A DNA stretch of 64,000 nt from a bacterium (GCA_965199855.1 OZ241326.1:1504001-1568000), one strand, 5' to 3'; shown: positions 26,695-38,255, counted from the stretch's first letter. Made by a program: numbers and translations. The notes: generated from the sequence alone by a model not told the origin.

Positions 26695-27624
26695 ATGGAA
26701 CCCCTAAAGCCGGGAAGCGCGACGATCGGTTTCGTCGGAATCGGAAAGATGGGAACGCCCATGTCGAAGAACCTGCGGCGCGGCGACTACGCCGTGGTGG
26801 CCTACGACGCGAGGCCGGAGAACGTCCGGGCGCTGGCGGGCGAGGGCGTGCAGGAGGCCGAAAGCCTGGCCGATCTGGCGCGCCGCGCGGACGCGGTCAT
26901 CACCATGCTGCCCGACAGCGACGTGGTGGACGCGGTCGTGGACGGCGCGGACGGCCTGGCGGCGCACCTGGGGAAGGGGAAGCTGATCATCGACATGAGC
27001 TCCTCCTACCCCACGCGGACGAGCGCCCTGGCCGCGCGCGTGGAGGAGAAGGGGCTGCATCTCATCGGGGCGCCGGTGTCGGGCGGCGTCGTGGGCGCGG
27101 AGGCGGCCACCCTCGCCGTCATGCCGGGCGGCCCCGGGGAGATCGTGGAAGCCGCGATGCCCGTTTTCGAGACGCTGGGAAAAACCATCGTCCACATCGA
27201 CGAGTCGCCCGAATCGGGCCACGCGATGAAGTGCGTGAACAATTTTCTCTCGGCCACGAACCTGCTCGCCTCGATGGAGGCCATGGTGCTGGCCGCAAGG
27301 CTGGGTCTCGACCCCGAAAAGGCGCTTCAGGTCTTCAACGGAGGCTCGGGCGTGAACAGCGCCACGCGGGACAAGTGGCCCCGCTTTCTCCTGCCGCGCG
27401 ACTTCACCTGCGGCTTCTCCACCGGACTGATGCACAAGGACCTCTCGATGGGCAGCGATCTGGCGCGCGAAAACGGGGTGGCGGCGTTCTACCTGAACCA
27501 GTCCCGGCAGATATACGGCCTGGGCGTGCGGAAATACGGGCCGGATTCGGATCAGACGGAACTGCTGCGGATGTTCGAGGAATGGTCGGGGCAGCGGGTG
27601 GGAGAGCCGCCGGCGCGGCCGTAG
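26695..27624 (+). CDS. NAD(P)-dependent beta-hydroxyacid dehydrogenase (3-hydroxyisobutyrate dehydrogenase family)
   Basis: GFVGIGKMGTPM, APVSGG, K..NN and KDL. Confidence 0.9.
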   Translation: MEPLKPGSATIGFVGIGKMGTPMSKNLRRGDYAVVAYDARPENVRALAGEGVQEAESLADLARRADAVITMLPDSDVVDAVVDGADGLAAHLGKGKLIIDMSSSYPTRTSALAARVEEKGLHLIGAPVSGGVVGAEAATLAVMPGGPGEIVEAAMPVFETLGKTIVHIDESPESGHAMKCVNNFLSATNLLASMEAMVLAARLGLDPEKALQVFNGGSGVNSATRDKWPRFLLPRDFTCGFSTGLMHKDLSMGSDLARENGVAAFYLNQSRQIYGLGVRKYGPDSDQTELLRMFEEWSGQRVGEPPARP

Positions 27625-27651
27625 CGCCTTCATTTTCCCGGGGTTCGGCTC

Positions 27652-28056
27652 ATGTCTCGAAAAGCGCGTCAAAGACCCGCGGGCGGGCGTCCGGGGCGGC
27701 TCGCTCTCGCGCTCGGCGTTCTTCTCCTGCTTCTTCCGGGGATGGCCGGGTGCGGCAAATCCGGGAAGCGGATGGGAAAGTGGTGGGAGCAGAACGTTGC
27801 GGAAACGATCAAGGGGTGGAACGAGCGCCAGCTGGTCATCACCTCGCATCCGCCGCGAGCCGACGTTTTCGTCAACGACGTCTATCAGGGCAAGACGCCG
27901 CTTCGCCTGAGCTTCAAGGCGCACGTCAGGGATATGTTCAAGGGCTTCACCGTGTCGGTGCGGAAGGAGGGATACCTGCCCCTCACGCGCGCCGTCTCGT
28001 TTCGCGCCGGGCGGGTGGCGTTCCGCCTGATCAAGAAGCAGGGGAGGAGAAAATGA
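27652..28056 (+). CDS. PEGA-domain putative lipoprotein
   Basis: Lipobox-like MAGC; ITSHPPRADVFVN...GKTP...VRKEGY. Confidence 0.75.
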   Translation: MSRKARQRPAGGRPGRLALALGVLLLLLPGMAGCGKSGKRMGKWWEQNVAETIKGWNERQLVITSHPPRADVFVNDVYQGKTPLRLSFKAHVRDMFKGFTVSVRKEGYLPLTRAVSFRAGRVAFRLIKKQGRRK

Positions 28057-28210
28057 GGGAGCCGGAGGGGATCGCCCGTTTTTTCCGGAGCCTGAATTGA
28101 CTTTTTCGTCCCGGGTTGGTAGATAGCCCCTCTTTGCGGGCGCGAGCCGGCGGCGCAACGGCGGATTTCCGGCGCGAGGCGCCGCCCGGGACGCGAAGGA
28201 GATTTCTGGA

Positions 28211-28528
28211 ATGTATGCCGTAGTGGAAACCGGAGGCAAGCAGGTGCGCGTCGAGGCGGGGGATCGCGTCCTGGTCGAGCGGCTGGCGGGCGAGGTCGGC
28301 GAAAGCGTCGAGTTCGACGACGTCCGTCTCATCGTGGACGGCGAGGAGGTCGTCGCGGACAGGGAAGCGCTCGGCAGGGCCAGCGTCAAGGGGGTGATTC
28401 TCGACCACGGACGCGGGAAGAAGGTCGTCTCCTTCCGCTTCAAGCGCCGCAAGAAGGTTCGCGTCAAGCGGGGCCACAGGCAACCCTACACGCGGGTAGA
28501 GGTTACGGACATCCTCGCTTCAGGATAG
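28211..28528 (+). CDS. rplU: 50S ribosomal protein L21
   Basis: MYAVVETGGKQ...GHRQPYT. Confidence 0.98.
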   Translation: MYAVVETGGKQVRVEAGDRVLVERLAGEVGESVEFDDVRLIVDGEEVVADREALGRASVKGVILDHGRGKKVVSFRFKRRKKVRVKRGHRQPYTRVEVTDILASG

Positions 28529-28540
28529 AGGAATCGGAAA

Positions 28541-28798
28541 ATGGCGCACAAGAAAGCCGGCGGAAGCTCCTCGAACGGGCGCGACAGCGCGGGGCGCCGC
28601 CTGGGCGTGAAGCGCTTCGCGGGCGAGCGCGTGAGTCCGGGCGCCATCATCGTCCGGCAGCGCGGCACCGTCTTTCATCCGGGCGAGAACGTAGGTCTCG
28701 GCAACGACCACACGCTCTTCGCCAAGGCGAACGGAACCTTGAAGTTCGAGCGCAAGGCCAGGGGCCGCCGAATCGTCAGCGTCATTCCGGCGGAGTAG
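28541..28798 (+). CDS. rpmA: 50S ribosomal protein L27
   Basis: [16 protein letters not shown]...RQRG. Confidence 0.98.
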   Translation: MAHKKAGGSSSNGRDSAGRRLGVKRFAGERVSPGAIIVRQRGTVFHPGENVGLGNDHTLFAKANGTLKFERKARGRRIVSVIPAE

Positions 28799-28827
28799 CC
28801 CCCGCATGGGCAGGCTCCGCCCCCGCC

Positions 28828-29871
28828 ATGTTCGTCGATACCGCTAAAGTCCGCGCGCGCGCCGGCCGTGGAGGAGACGGCTGCCTCAGCTTCCGGCGGG
28901 AGAAGTTCGCGCCCAGGGGCGGCCCCGACGGGGGCGACGGCGGCCGGGGCGGACACGTGGTTTTTCGCGCCTCCTCCTCCCTGAACACGCTGGCGGGCTT
29001 CCGCTACCAGCCGCTTTTGCGCGCGGGCGGGGGCCAGGCGGGCATGGGGAGCAGAAAGCGCGGCGCCGACGGGGAGGATTTGCTGCTGGAAGCCCCGCTC
29101 GGAACCATCGCGCGCGACTCCGAAACGGGGGAGGTCGTCGCCGACCTCTCCGAGGAGGGGCGCGAGGTCGTCGTCGCGCGCGGCGGCCGGGGCGGACGCG
29201 GCAACGAGCGCTTCAAGAGCTCGACGAACCGCGCCCCGCGGAAGACGACGAAGGGAAGGGCGGGGGAGGAGCGCGTCCTCGAGCTGGAGCTCAAGCTGCT
29301 CGCCGACGTGGGCCTCATCGGGATGCCCAACGCCGGAAAATCCACCCTCATATCGAGAATCTCCGAGAGCAGGCCGAAGATCGCCGACTACCCCTTCACC
29401 ACCCTCCAGCCCAGCCTGGGGGTGGTCGCGCTGGGCGATTACGATTCCTGCGTGGCGGCCGACGTTCCGGGGCTGATACCGGGGGCGAGCGAGGGCAGGG
29501 GGCTGGGGCTTCGGTTCCTGCGGCACGTGGAGCGCTGCGGGCTGCTGCTCCATCTGGTGGACGCCTCCTCGCCGCCCGCGCGGGGACTCGCGGACTTCGA
29601 CGCCGTGTCGCGCGAGCTGTCCGCCTTCTCGCCCCTGCTGGCGGAAAAGCCGAGGATGGCCGTTTTGACGAAGATGGACGCCGTGGAACCCGGAGAACCC
29701 CTGACGGCGCTGTGCGAGGGACTGAAGGCGCGGGGGGTGGAGGCGCTCTGCGTCTCGGCGGTTTCGGGCTTCGGTCTGAAGGAGCTGCTGGGGGTGGTGG
29801 CCCGAATGCTCGAGGAGGCGCGGGCGCGGCGGGAGGACGCCGTTCCTCTCGCGCGGATGGAGAACGCATGA
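28828..29871 (+). CDS. obgE: GTPase Obg
   Basis: FRREK..PRGGPDGGDGG, GMPNAGKST and DYPFTT. Confidence 0.97.
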   Translation: MFVDTAKVRARAGRGGDGCLSFRREKFAPRGGPDGGDGGRGGHVVFRASSSLNTLAGFRYQPLLRAGGGQAGMGSRKRGADGEDLLLEAPLGTIARDSETGEVVADLSEEGREVVVARGGRGGRGNERFKSSTNRAPRKTTKGRAGEERVLELELKLLADVGLIGMPNAGKSTLISRISESRPKIADYPFTTLQPSLGVVALGDYDSCVAADVPGLIPGASEGRGLGLRFLRHVERCGLLLHLVDASSPPARGLADFDAVSRELSAFSPLLAEKPRMAVLTKMDAVEPGEPLTALCEGLKARGVEALCVSAVSGFGLKELLGVVARMLEEARARREDAVPLARMENA

Positions 29872-31016
29872 GCGAAGAGATGGCGAGGAGGAGCGACGCC
29901 GCCCTCGGCAGCCGGCGCGTCGTCGTCAAGGTGGGGAGCTCCGTCCTGACGGCCTCGCATGAGCTGGGCGTGAACCGGCGGGTGCTGGGGCGCATCGCCG
30001 CGCAGGTGGCGAAGCTCCGGGAGGAGGGCAGGCAGGTCGTCGTGGTCTCCTCGGGCGCCATCGCGGCGGGCGTCAAGCGGCTGGGCCTCGCGGGAATCCC
30101 CAGGGCGGTTCCCGAGCGCCAGGCCGCCGCCGCCGTCGGCCAGCCGATTCTGATGGAGGCTTACGGCCGCGCCTTCCGGCGCAGGGGCATCGAGACGGCC
30201 CAGGTGCTGCTCATCCACTCTGACCTCGACGAGCGGAGCCGCTTTCTGAACGCCTGCAACACCTTCGAGACGCTCATGGGCCGGGGCGTGCTCCCGATCG
30301 TGAACGAGAACGACACCGTCTCGGTGCGGGAGATACGCTTCGGCGACAACGACACGCTCGCCGCCCAGGCGGCGCGGATGGTGCAGGCGGGCCTCCTGGT
30401 CATCCTCTCCGACGTGGAGGGGCTCTACGACGCCGACCCCAGGGCGTCGGACGCGGCGCGCCTGATTCCCCGCGTGGAGGGCCTGCCGAGGGAGATTTCC
30501 GCGGTCGCCGGCGTCAGCGCGAACCCCCTCGCCCACGGGGGAATGCGGACGAAGGTCGAGGCGGTGCGGATTCTCGACAAGGTGGGCATCGGCGTCCTCA
30601 TCGTGAAGGGGCGCGAGCCCGGCGTCATCGAGCGCGCCCTGGGAGGCGAGCCGCTGGGGACGCTTTTCGTGCCCAACGGTGCGCGCCTCAAGGGAAGAAA
30701 GGGCTGGATAGGCATCACGGCGAAGCCGCGCGGCTGGCTCCAGCTCGACGGCGGCGCGGTGAACGCCATGGTGAAGCGGGGCAAGAGCCTTCTGCCCAGC
30801 GGGGTCGTCTCCGTCGGGGGAAACTTCCGCTTCGGCGACGTGGTGGAGCTGCGAGACGCCGGGGGGGCGGCGCTCGGCCGGGGCCTGGCGAACTACTCGA
30901 GCGAGGACGCGGCGCGAATCGCCGGCCGGCAGACGAGGGAGATCGCCTCCATCCTCGGCGGCAAGGACTACGACGAGATCGTCCACCGCAACAACTTCGT
31001 CCTCATCGAGCGCTGA
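29868..31016 (+). CDS. proB: Glutamate 5-kinase
   Basis: VVKVGSS, VSSGAIAAG, NENDTV, FGDND and a C-terminal PUA domain. Confidence 0.96.
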   Translation: MSEEMARRSDAALGSRRVVVKVGSSVLTASHELGVNRRVLGRIAAQVAKLREEGRQVVVVSSGAIAAGVKRLGLAGIPRAVPERQAAAAVGQPILMEAYGRAFRRRGIETAQVLLIHSDLDERSRFLNACNTFETLMGRGVLPIVNENDTVSVREIRFGDNDTLAAQAARMVQAGLLVILSDVEGLYDADPRASDAARLIPRVEGLPREISAVAGVSANPLAHGGMRTKVEAVRILDKVGIGVLIVKGREPGVIERALGGEPLGTLFVPNGARLKGRKGWIGITAKPRGWLQLDGGAVNAMVKRGKSLLPSGVVSVGGNFRFGDVVELRDAGGAALGRGLANYSSEDAARIAGRQTREIASILGGKDYDEIVHRNNFVLIER

Positions 31017-31699
31017 TGGGCGAGGGACGGCCGCGCGTCGGCGTTCTGGGAGGGACGTTCAACCCGGTTCACTACGGGCATCTGCGCTCCGCCGAGGAGG
31101 CGCGCCGCGCCCTCGCCCTCGATGAGGTGCGCTTCGTTCCCTCCGCCTCGCCGCCCCACAAGCCCGAAGGGGAGGTCGCGCCCGCGGCGGACAGGCTGGA
31201 GATGGTGCGCATCGCCCTGAAAAAATATCCGGCGCTCGTCTGCGACCCCCTCGAGGTGGAGCGGGGCGGCGTCTCCTACACGCTCGACACCCTGAGGGAG
31301 ATGGCGGGGCGCGCCCCCGAAGGCGCCGGGCTGTTCTTCATCATCGGCGCGGACGCTTTCGCCGAGCTGCGCGAGTGGCACAGGCCGCGAGAGGCGCTGG
31401 GCGCGGCGAATTTCGCCGTCACCCTGCGGGGCGGCCAGAATTCCCCGGAGAATCTCGAAGCGCTTCTTCGCCTCATCCGGGAGGTCGAGCCGGGCTATCG
31501 CGCGGAGGCGGGGGAGGCGCGCTTCGACGCGAAGGGGCGCGTCGTCAGGTTCGTTCCGATCCCCGAGATCGATGTTTCGGCCACGCGGATCAGGCGGCGC
31601 GTGAGGGAGGGCGCCCCCGTCCGGCGCTTGTTGCCGCGCGAGGTCGAACTCTATATAATCCGCCGCCGATTGTATGGACATCCGGGAGTCGTTTCCTGA
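31016..31699 (+). CDS. nadD: Nicotinate-nucleotide adenylyltransferase
   Basis: GGTFNPVHYGH, PPHK, SYT.DT and IIGAD. Confidence 0.95.
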   Translation: MGEGRPRVGVLGGTFNPVHYGHLRSAEEARRALALDEVRFVPSASPPHKPEGEVAPAADRLEMVRIALKKYPALVCDPLEVERGGVSYTLDTLREMAGRAPEGAGLFFIIGADAFAELREWHRPREALGAANFAVTLRGGQNSPENLEALLRLIREVEPGYRAEAGEARFDAKGRVVRFVPIPEIDVSATRIRRRVREGAPVRRLLPREVELYIIRRRLYGHPGVVS

Positions 31700-32111
31700 C
31701 GAGCAGGGGGGATGCGGACCCATCGAGACGCTGGAAAGCCGCCTTTGCGCCGTTCGGGAGGCGCTGGAAGCGAAAAAGGCGATGGAGGTCGCGCTTCTCG
31801 ACCTTCGGCCGCTCTCGCTGGAGGTGGACGCCTTCCTGATATGCCACGGAACGAGCCCCCGCCACGTGAAGGCGCTCTGCGAGGCGGCGGGGGAGGAAAT
31901 CCGGGAGAGCGGAGAGAGTCTGCTGTCCGTCGAAGGGCTGGAGGAGGCGGGCTGGGTGCTGATGGACTGCGGCGACTTTCTCATCCACATCTTCAGCGAG
32001 AAGAACAGGGAGTTCTACCGGCTGGAGGATTTGTGGTCGAGCGCGCCCCTCATCGCGCCGGCGGCGCCGGGCGGCCTGCGCCATCAAAAGGAAAATCGAG
32101 GTTCAGCGTGA
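31674..32111 (+). CDS. rsfS: Ribosome silencing factor
   Basis: KKA..V..LD, W.LMD.GD..IH.F and FYRLEDLW. Confidence 0.93.
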   Translation: MDIRESFPDEQGGCGPIETLESRLCAVREALEAKKAMEVALLDLRPLSLEVDAFLICHGTSPRHVKALCEAAGEEIRESGESLLSVEGLEEAGWVLMDCGDFLIHIFSEKNREFYRLEDLWSSAPLIAPAAPGGLRHQKENRGSA

Positions 32112-32470
32112 AGCATTTGACGAAAAAGCAGTTGAAGACCCTGGAGGCGAGACTGCTCGAGGTGCGCCGCGAGATTCTCGGCGACGTGGAGAAGAGCAAG
32201 GCGCACACGCAGGAAATCGGAGACGACGGAACCCAGGACATCGCGGACATGGCCGCCGACTCCTACTCGCGCCAGGTGCTGATGGACCTGGGCGAGCGCG
32301 AGCGCGGGCGTCTGCGCGAGGTGGAGGCGGCGTTCCAGAGGATGGAAGACGGGATCTACGGCGTCTGCGAGGAGTCGGACGAGCCGATTCCCTACTCCCG
32401 CCTGGAAGCGATTCCCTATGCGCGCTACACGGTGGCGGCCCAGAACGAGATCGAAAGGCGCGGCGGCTAG
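32108..32470 (+). CDS. DksA/TraR family transcription factor
   Basis: GTG start at 32108; coiled-coil tip D.AD.A; YGVCEESDEPI...RLEAIPYARY (only one Cys of the Zn finger). Confidence 0.88.
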   Translation: MKHLTKKQLKTLEARLLEVRREILGDVEKSKAHTQEIGDDGTQDIADMAADSYSRQVLMDLGERERGRLREVEAAFQRMEDGIYGVCEESDEPIPYSRLEAIPYARYTVAAQNEIERRGG

Positions 32471-32491
32471 GGCGCGGGCGGCGCGCCGCCC

Positions 32492-33763
32492 ATGAGGATT
32501 CGCGTTCTCCTCGCGCTCGCGGCGCCGCTGGCGGCCGCCGTCTATTTTCTCCACCACAACCGGGACTTCATCTCCCTGCGCCTCGCGGACGACTGGGCCG
32601 TGCGGGCGCCCTTGGCGCTGGTCGTGCTGGGAGCGGCGCTCGCGGGCTCCTTCGCGGCCGCCGTTCTGGGCTGGGGCGAGGCCGCCCTCGGCGGGCTTTC
32701 GCGCAGGAATGTCGCCAGAAGGCAAAAGCGCCTGAACCGCGCCCGGGAGCGCTTCGCGCGGGCGCAGGGCCTGAGCGCGCGGGGCGGGAGGAGGCGCGCG
32801 CGCCGGGAGCTCGCCCGCGCGCTCAAGGACGACCCCGGCTTCGTCCCCGCCCTGCGGCTGGCCGCGGATCTGGCCATGGAGGCGGGCGACGCGGACGGCG
32901 CCGTCCGGTGGAGCGAGCGGCTTCGCGCCGTCACGAACAACGCGCCCGACGCCGTGGTCCGCCTCTCGGAGAGCCTCGATCATTCCGGCAGGGCGCGGGA
33001 GGCGCAGGCGCTTCTCGCGCGGAACAGCGCGGGCGGCGCGGCGAGTCCCCTCGTGCTGCGCAAGCTCCGCGACGTGTATCTCGAAAGCGGCCGCGCCGAG
33101 GCCGCCGTCGGGGTCTGCGAAAAGCTCTCGCGGCTGGGGGCGTCCGACGCGGACAGGCGCACGGACGACGAGGCCGCGGGCCGGGCGTATCTGGCGGCGG
33201 GAGAGGCGAAGCTGCGCGCCTCCCGCCCCGGGGCGGCCGTTCCTCTGCTGGAGGGGGCCGTCCGCCGCCTCGCCGGGGAGAAGAAGGCGCATCTGCTGCT
33301 GGGTGACGCGCACCTGGCGGCGGGCCGCGAGAGGCGCGCCCTGCGCGCCTGGGAAAGCGGATACCAGGCCCTGGGCGGGCTGGAGTTCCTGCAAAGGCTG
33401 GCTTCGGCGTCGGGCGATCTGGAGTCGGAGGACGCGCTGCGCAAGGCCGCCGCCAGCGTGCAGTCCGCCGGAAAGCGCCGGGAGGGGGACGTTCGCCATC
33501 ACGCCCTGCGCGCGGCGCTCATGCTCGAAGCCGGGCAGATCGACAAGGTGGACAGGAGCGTGGCGCAGGCGTCCGCCCTCGCCGCCTCCGGGGAGGGCGA
33601 GGATTCCTGGGTGCGGCTGGCGCTTCACCTCATAGAGGCGCGCTGCCTTCAGGAAAAAGGGGAGAGGCTGGCCGCCGAGAACGAGTTCAGAAAGACGGCG
33701 CAGGAGGCGTCGAGAATTCTGTTGGGCAAGCCGGTTTCGGGAACGGAGCTCAAGCCCTATTGA
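32492..33763 (+). CDS. LapA/LapB-like membrane-anchored TPR protein
   Basis: Two N-terminal TM segments followed by helical TPR-like repeats. Confidence 0.65.
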   Translation: MRIRVLLALAAPLAAAVYFLHHNRDFISLRLADDWAVRAPLALVVLGAALAGSFAAAVLGWGEAALGGLSRRNVARRQKRLNRARERFARAQGLSARGGRRRARRELARALKDDPGFVPALRLAADLAMEAGDADGAVRWSERLRAVTNNAPDAVVRLSESLDHSGRAREAQALLARNSAGGAASPLVLRKLRDVYLESGRAEAAVGVCEKLSRLGASDADRRTDDEAAGRAYLAAGEAKLRASRPGAAVPLLEGAVRRLAGEKKAHLLLGDAHLAAGRERRALRAWESGYQALGGLEFLQRLASASGDLESEDALRKAAASVQSAGKRREGDVRHHALRAALMLEAGQIDKVDRSVAQASALAASGEGEDSWVRLALHLIEARCLQEKGERLAAENEFRKTAQEASRILLGKPVSGTELKPY

Positions 33764-33838
33764 GGGGGCCGCTCCGCTTCCTCCCCCGCCCGCGAGCGCC
33801 CGAAGGCCCGCGCGCCGCGGAGAGGGGACAACGCTCCC

Positions 33839-33867
33839 TTGACTTGCGCCTTCCCGCGCCCTAGGCT
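33839..33867 (+). promoter_or_regulatory. Putative sigma70 promoter for rpiB-nrdR
   Basis: TTGACT, 17 nt, TAGGCT. Confidence 0.5.
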
Positions 33868-33913
33868 TCAAAGAGTTCCTCCCCGCCTGTGGAAGCCGCC
33901 CGGAGAATCCCCG

Positions 33914-34372
33914 ATGAAGCGCATCGCCCTCGCGGCCGATCATGGAGGATACGCGCTCAAGGAGGCGGTGAAGCGGCTGCTCGAGGAGAGGGCGATTCCC
34001 TGCCATGACTTCGGAACGGATTCGGACGCGCCCTGCGACTATCCGGATTACGCCGTCCCCGCCGCCCGTTCGGTGAGCGAGGGGGCGTCCGCGCGGGGAA
34101 TCTTCTGCTGCGGCTCGGCGGCGGGCATGGCCATCGCGGCGAACAAGTTTCCGGGCGTCCGCGCCGTCGCCTGCCATGACGAATGGACGGCGCGCATGAG
34201 CCGCCTGCACAACGACGCCAACGTTCTCGCCCTCGGAGGCCGGGTGGTGAGCGAGGAGGCGGCGGGGAGAATCGTCTCCGCCTGGCTCGACGCGGAGTTC
34301 GAGGGCGGCCGCCACGCCCGCCGCCTCGGCAAGATCGCCGATATCGAGGATGCGCCCCGCCCCACGTCCTGA
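33914..34372 (+). CDS. rpiB: Ribose 5-phosphate isomerase B
   Basis: ADHGG..LK, DYPD, ANK.PGVRA, HNDAN and FEGGRH.RR. Confidence 0.95.
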   Translation: MKRIALAADHGGYALKEAVKRLLEERAIPCHDFGTDSDAPCDYPDYAVPAARSVSEGASARGIFCCGSAAGMAIAANKFPGVRAVACHDEWTARMSRLHNDANVLALGGRVVSEEAAGRIVSAWLDAEFEGGRHARRLGKIADIEDAPRPTS

Positions 34373-34399
34373 CGCCCCCATCGCCCGGGACGGGTTCTT

Positions 34400-34864
34400 A
34401 TGAAATGTCCGATTTGCAGTCACTCCGAAAGCAGGGTGGTCGATAGCCGGACGACCAAGGAGGGCAGCGCGATTCGCAGAAGGCGCGAGTGCGAGGCGTG
34501 CGCCCACCGCTTCACGACCTACGAGCGGGCGGAGGTCTCCTGGCCGCTCATCGAGAAGAAGGACGGCACGCGCGTGGGCTACGATCGCGCCAAGATCAGC
34601 GCGGGCATCAAGAAGGCGTTGGAGAAGCGGCCGGTTTCCGCCGAGGATCAGGAGGCGATAGCGGATCGGGTGGAGCGCTACGTTCTCGACATCGGCGAGA
34701 AGGAGATATCCACCAAGGCCATCGGCGAGAAGCTCATGGAGGAGCTGCGGGAGGTGGACGAGGTGGCCTACGTGCGCTTCGCCTCGGTCTATCGCTCCTT
34801 CGGAACCCTCAAGGATTTCGAGGCGGAACTGGAGAAGCTCGAAGAGCGCGGCCAGGGCGAGTGA
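34400..34864 (+). CDS. nrdR: Transcriptional repressor NrdR
   Basis: MKCPIC..VVDSR, RRRREC..C..RFTTYE and AYVRFASVY. Confidence 0.97.
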   Translation: MKCPICSHSESRVVDSRTTKEGSAIRRRRECEACAHRFTTYERAEVSWPLIEKKDGTRVGYDRAKISAGIKKALEKRPVSAEDQEAIADRVERYVLDIGEKEISTKAIGEKLMEELREVDEVAYVRFASVYRSFGTLKDFEAELEKLEERGQGE

Positions 34865-34895
34865 AGGACGCGCGGAAGGCGATAACGCCGGAAAG

Positions 34896-35472
34896 CGCGG
34901 CGCATATATGCGTGGGAAGCCCCCCGAGGCGCTTCCCTTGCGGCGATGTCGCCGACGGTTTCGTAGGGGCGGTTCCCGAACCGCCCCTACGGGGTGTTTT
35001 CTCGCGGATTATGAGGGGGGCCTGCGGAAGGGCCCCTCGCGCCTTTCCAACCGCGATTATGGGGACAACCACAGGGGCGTCCCCACCCTCCGCTCGCCAT
35101 AATGACGGGCGACAACAAATGCCCTGGATTCCGGCCTTCGCCGGAATGACGGCGAAAAACCGCGGCGCAAATATGCGTGGGAAGCCCACCGATGCGCTTC
35201 CCTTGCGGCGATGTCGCCCGACGGTTTCGTAGGGGCGGCTCCCGAACCGCCCGTTTTGATGACCGCCCGCCGCGCGCGCCCTCGCCGACGGTTTCGTAGG
35301 GGACGCATATATGCGTCCCGCGCCGCATCCGCTCGCGGGGACAACCATAGGGAGTTGTCCCTACGGCCTCGCCTCGCGCCCGGCCGCGGCCGCTTCTGGC
35401 GGCGCCCGTTCGATCAGAAAATGGGGACGGCTCCCGAACCGCCCCTACGGGGTGTTTTCTCGCGGATTATGA
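34896..35472. repeat. Mosaic cluster of REP-like palindromes with ~90-bp and ~50-bp direct duplications
   Basis: GTAGGGGCGGTTCCCGAACCGCCCCTAC (34963), CTGGATTCCGGCCTTCGCCGGAATGACG (35124), GTAGGGGACGCATATATGCGTCCC (35296) and GGGGACAACCATAGGGAGTTGTCCCTAC (35337). Duplications: 34896-34986 ~ 35161-35252 and 34966-35014 ~ 35423-35472. Confidence 0.85.
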
Positions 35473-35518
35473 CGAGATGCAGGCGTCCCGATTTTGAAGC
35501 CGATTTTCCCGGCCGCGC

Positions 35519-36739
35519 CTATTCGCTGATGGTCTCGCCCGCCGGCTCGGCGCCCCGGTGGGAGGCGCCGGACGCCATGAGGCTTTCGATTTCCTCATCC
35601 TGAAACCCGTATTCCCTCAGCACCTCGCCTGAATGCTCGCCCAGGCGGGGGGGAGGCAGGGCGTCTCTCGGCGGGAGCGCCGAGAACCTGGGCGGGAGGC
35701 GCGCGCCGGGGTAGGTCCCCTCGACGGGATGGCGGTATTCCCGCACCAGCCCGCTCGCGCGCGCCTGGGGGTGCGCGAAGCTCTCGCGCATGGTCAGCGC
35801 CGGACTCACGCATACGTCCGCGCCCTCGAAAAGCGCCGTCCACTCCGCAAGCGCCTTCGTCCTGAAAACCTCCTCGAGCGCGCGAATCACCTCCGCGCGG
35901 CGCGCGCCCCGGGCGGCGTAGTCTTCGGAAAAATCCTCGCGCCCGATGAGCCTGCACAGGTTCACCCAGAATTTCGGCTCCGAGCAGGCGACGGAGAGCA
36001 TTCGCCCGTCCTTCGTGGGATAGAGGCGGTAGCAGGGCCTTCTGCCGTTGTGCCGCGCCTCCTCGCGCCCGGGGGAGAAGCCCGTCGAGAGGCAGGTCTG
36101 CCCGTGAATGGACAGAAACCCCATCGCGGCGTCGAGCATCGACACGTCGATGAACTGCCCGCGGCCCGTCCGCTCGGCGAGGCGGACGGCGGCGAGAATG
36201 GCGAAGGCCGCCCACATCCCCGCGCCCACGTCTGCGATGAGGACGCCCGGAGCCGGGGGCGACTCCCCGGCGGCGCCCGTGAGCTCCACCACGCCGCCCA
36301 GCGCCTGGAAGTTCAGGTCGTGCCCCGGCGTCCGGGCGAGGGGGCCGTCCCTCCCGTATCCGGTGATGGCGCAATGGACGAGGGCGGGGTTCTCCTCCCT
36401 GAGCCTTTCGTAGCCCAGACCCAGGCGCTCCATCACCCCGGGGCGGAAGCCGTCCACGAGCGCGTCCGCCTCTTTCGCCATTCGCAGGAGCGCGGCCGCG
36501 CCGGCGCCGGTCTTGAGGTCGAGCGCCAGCGAGCGCTTGTTGCGGTTGTAGCAGAGGTGGAGGGGGGAGACGCCGCGCGCGTCGAAGGGCGAGGCGAGGC
36601 GGATGTAGTCGCCGCGCCCCGGCTCCTCCACCTTCACGACGTCCGCCCCCATGTCGGCGAGCATGAGGGTGCACTGCCCGCCGGGGAGCAGGCGGCTGAG
36701 GTCGAGGACGCGCAGTCCCGTGAGCGGCATCGGCTCCAT
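35519..36739 (-). CDS. CaiB/BaiF family (class III) CoA-transferase
   Basis: VLDLSRLLPG, LADMGADVVKVE, NRNKRS, FRPGV and GHD. Confidence 0.93.
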   Translation of the reverse strand: MEPMPLTGLRVLDLSRLLPGGQCTLMLADMGADVVKVEEPGRGDYIRLASPFDARGVSPLHLCYNRNKRSLALDLKTGAGAAALLRMAKEADALVDGFRPGVMERLGLGYERLREENPALVHCAITGYGRDGPLARTPGHDLNFQALGGVVELTGAAGESPPAPGVLIADVGAGMWAAFAILAAVRLAERTGRGQFIDVSMLDAAMGFLSIHGQTCLSTGFSPGREEARHNGRRPCYRLYPTKDGRMLSVACSEPKFWVNLCRLIGREDFSEDYAARGARRAEVIRALEEVFRTKALAEWTALFEGADVCVSPALTMRESFAHPQARASGLVREYRHPVEGTYPGARLPPRFSALPPRDALPPPRLGEHSGEVLREYGFQDEEIESLMASGASHRGAEPAGETISE

Positions 36740-36776
36740 CCCTTCGGGAAGCGGGCGGGGCTTGTTTCCGCGATAG

Positions 36777-38255
<1,479 letters not shown>

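Noticed and set aside
32108-32470. Loss of Zn-finger cysteines in the DksA-like protein as a novelty
   Set aside because: Zinc-free one- and two-Cys DksA/TraR variants are already well described.
34896-35472. CRISPR array
   Set aside because: Repeats are heterogeneous and irregularly spaced, the intervening sequences are themselves duplicated, and there are no cas genes; REP-like elements fit better.
34809-35603. Short ORFs across the REP cluster
   Set aside because: Their translations only mirror the DNA repeats (e.g. FVGAVPEPP); no RBS or domain support.
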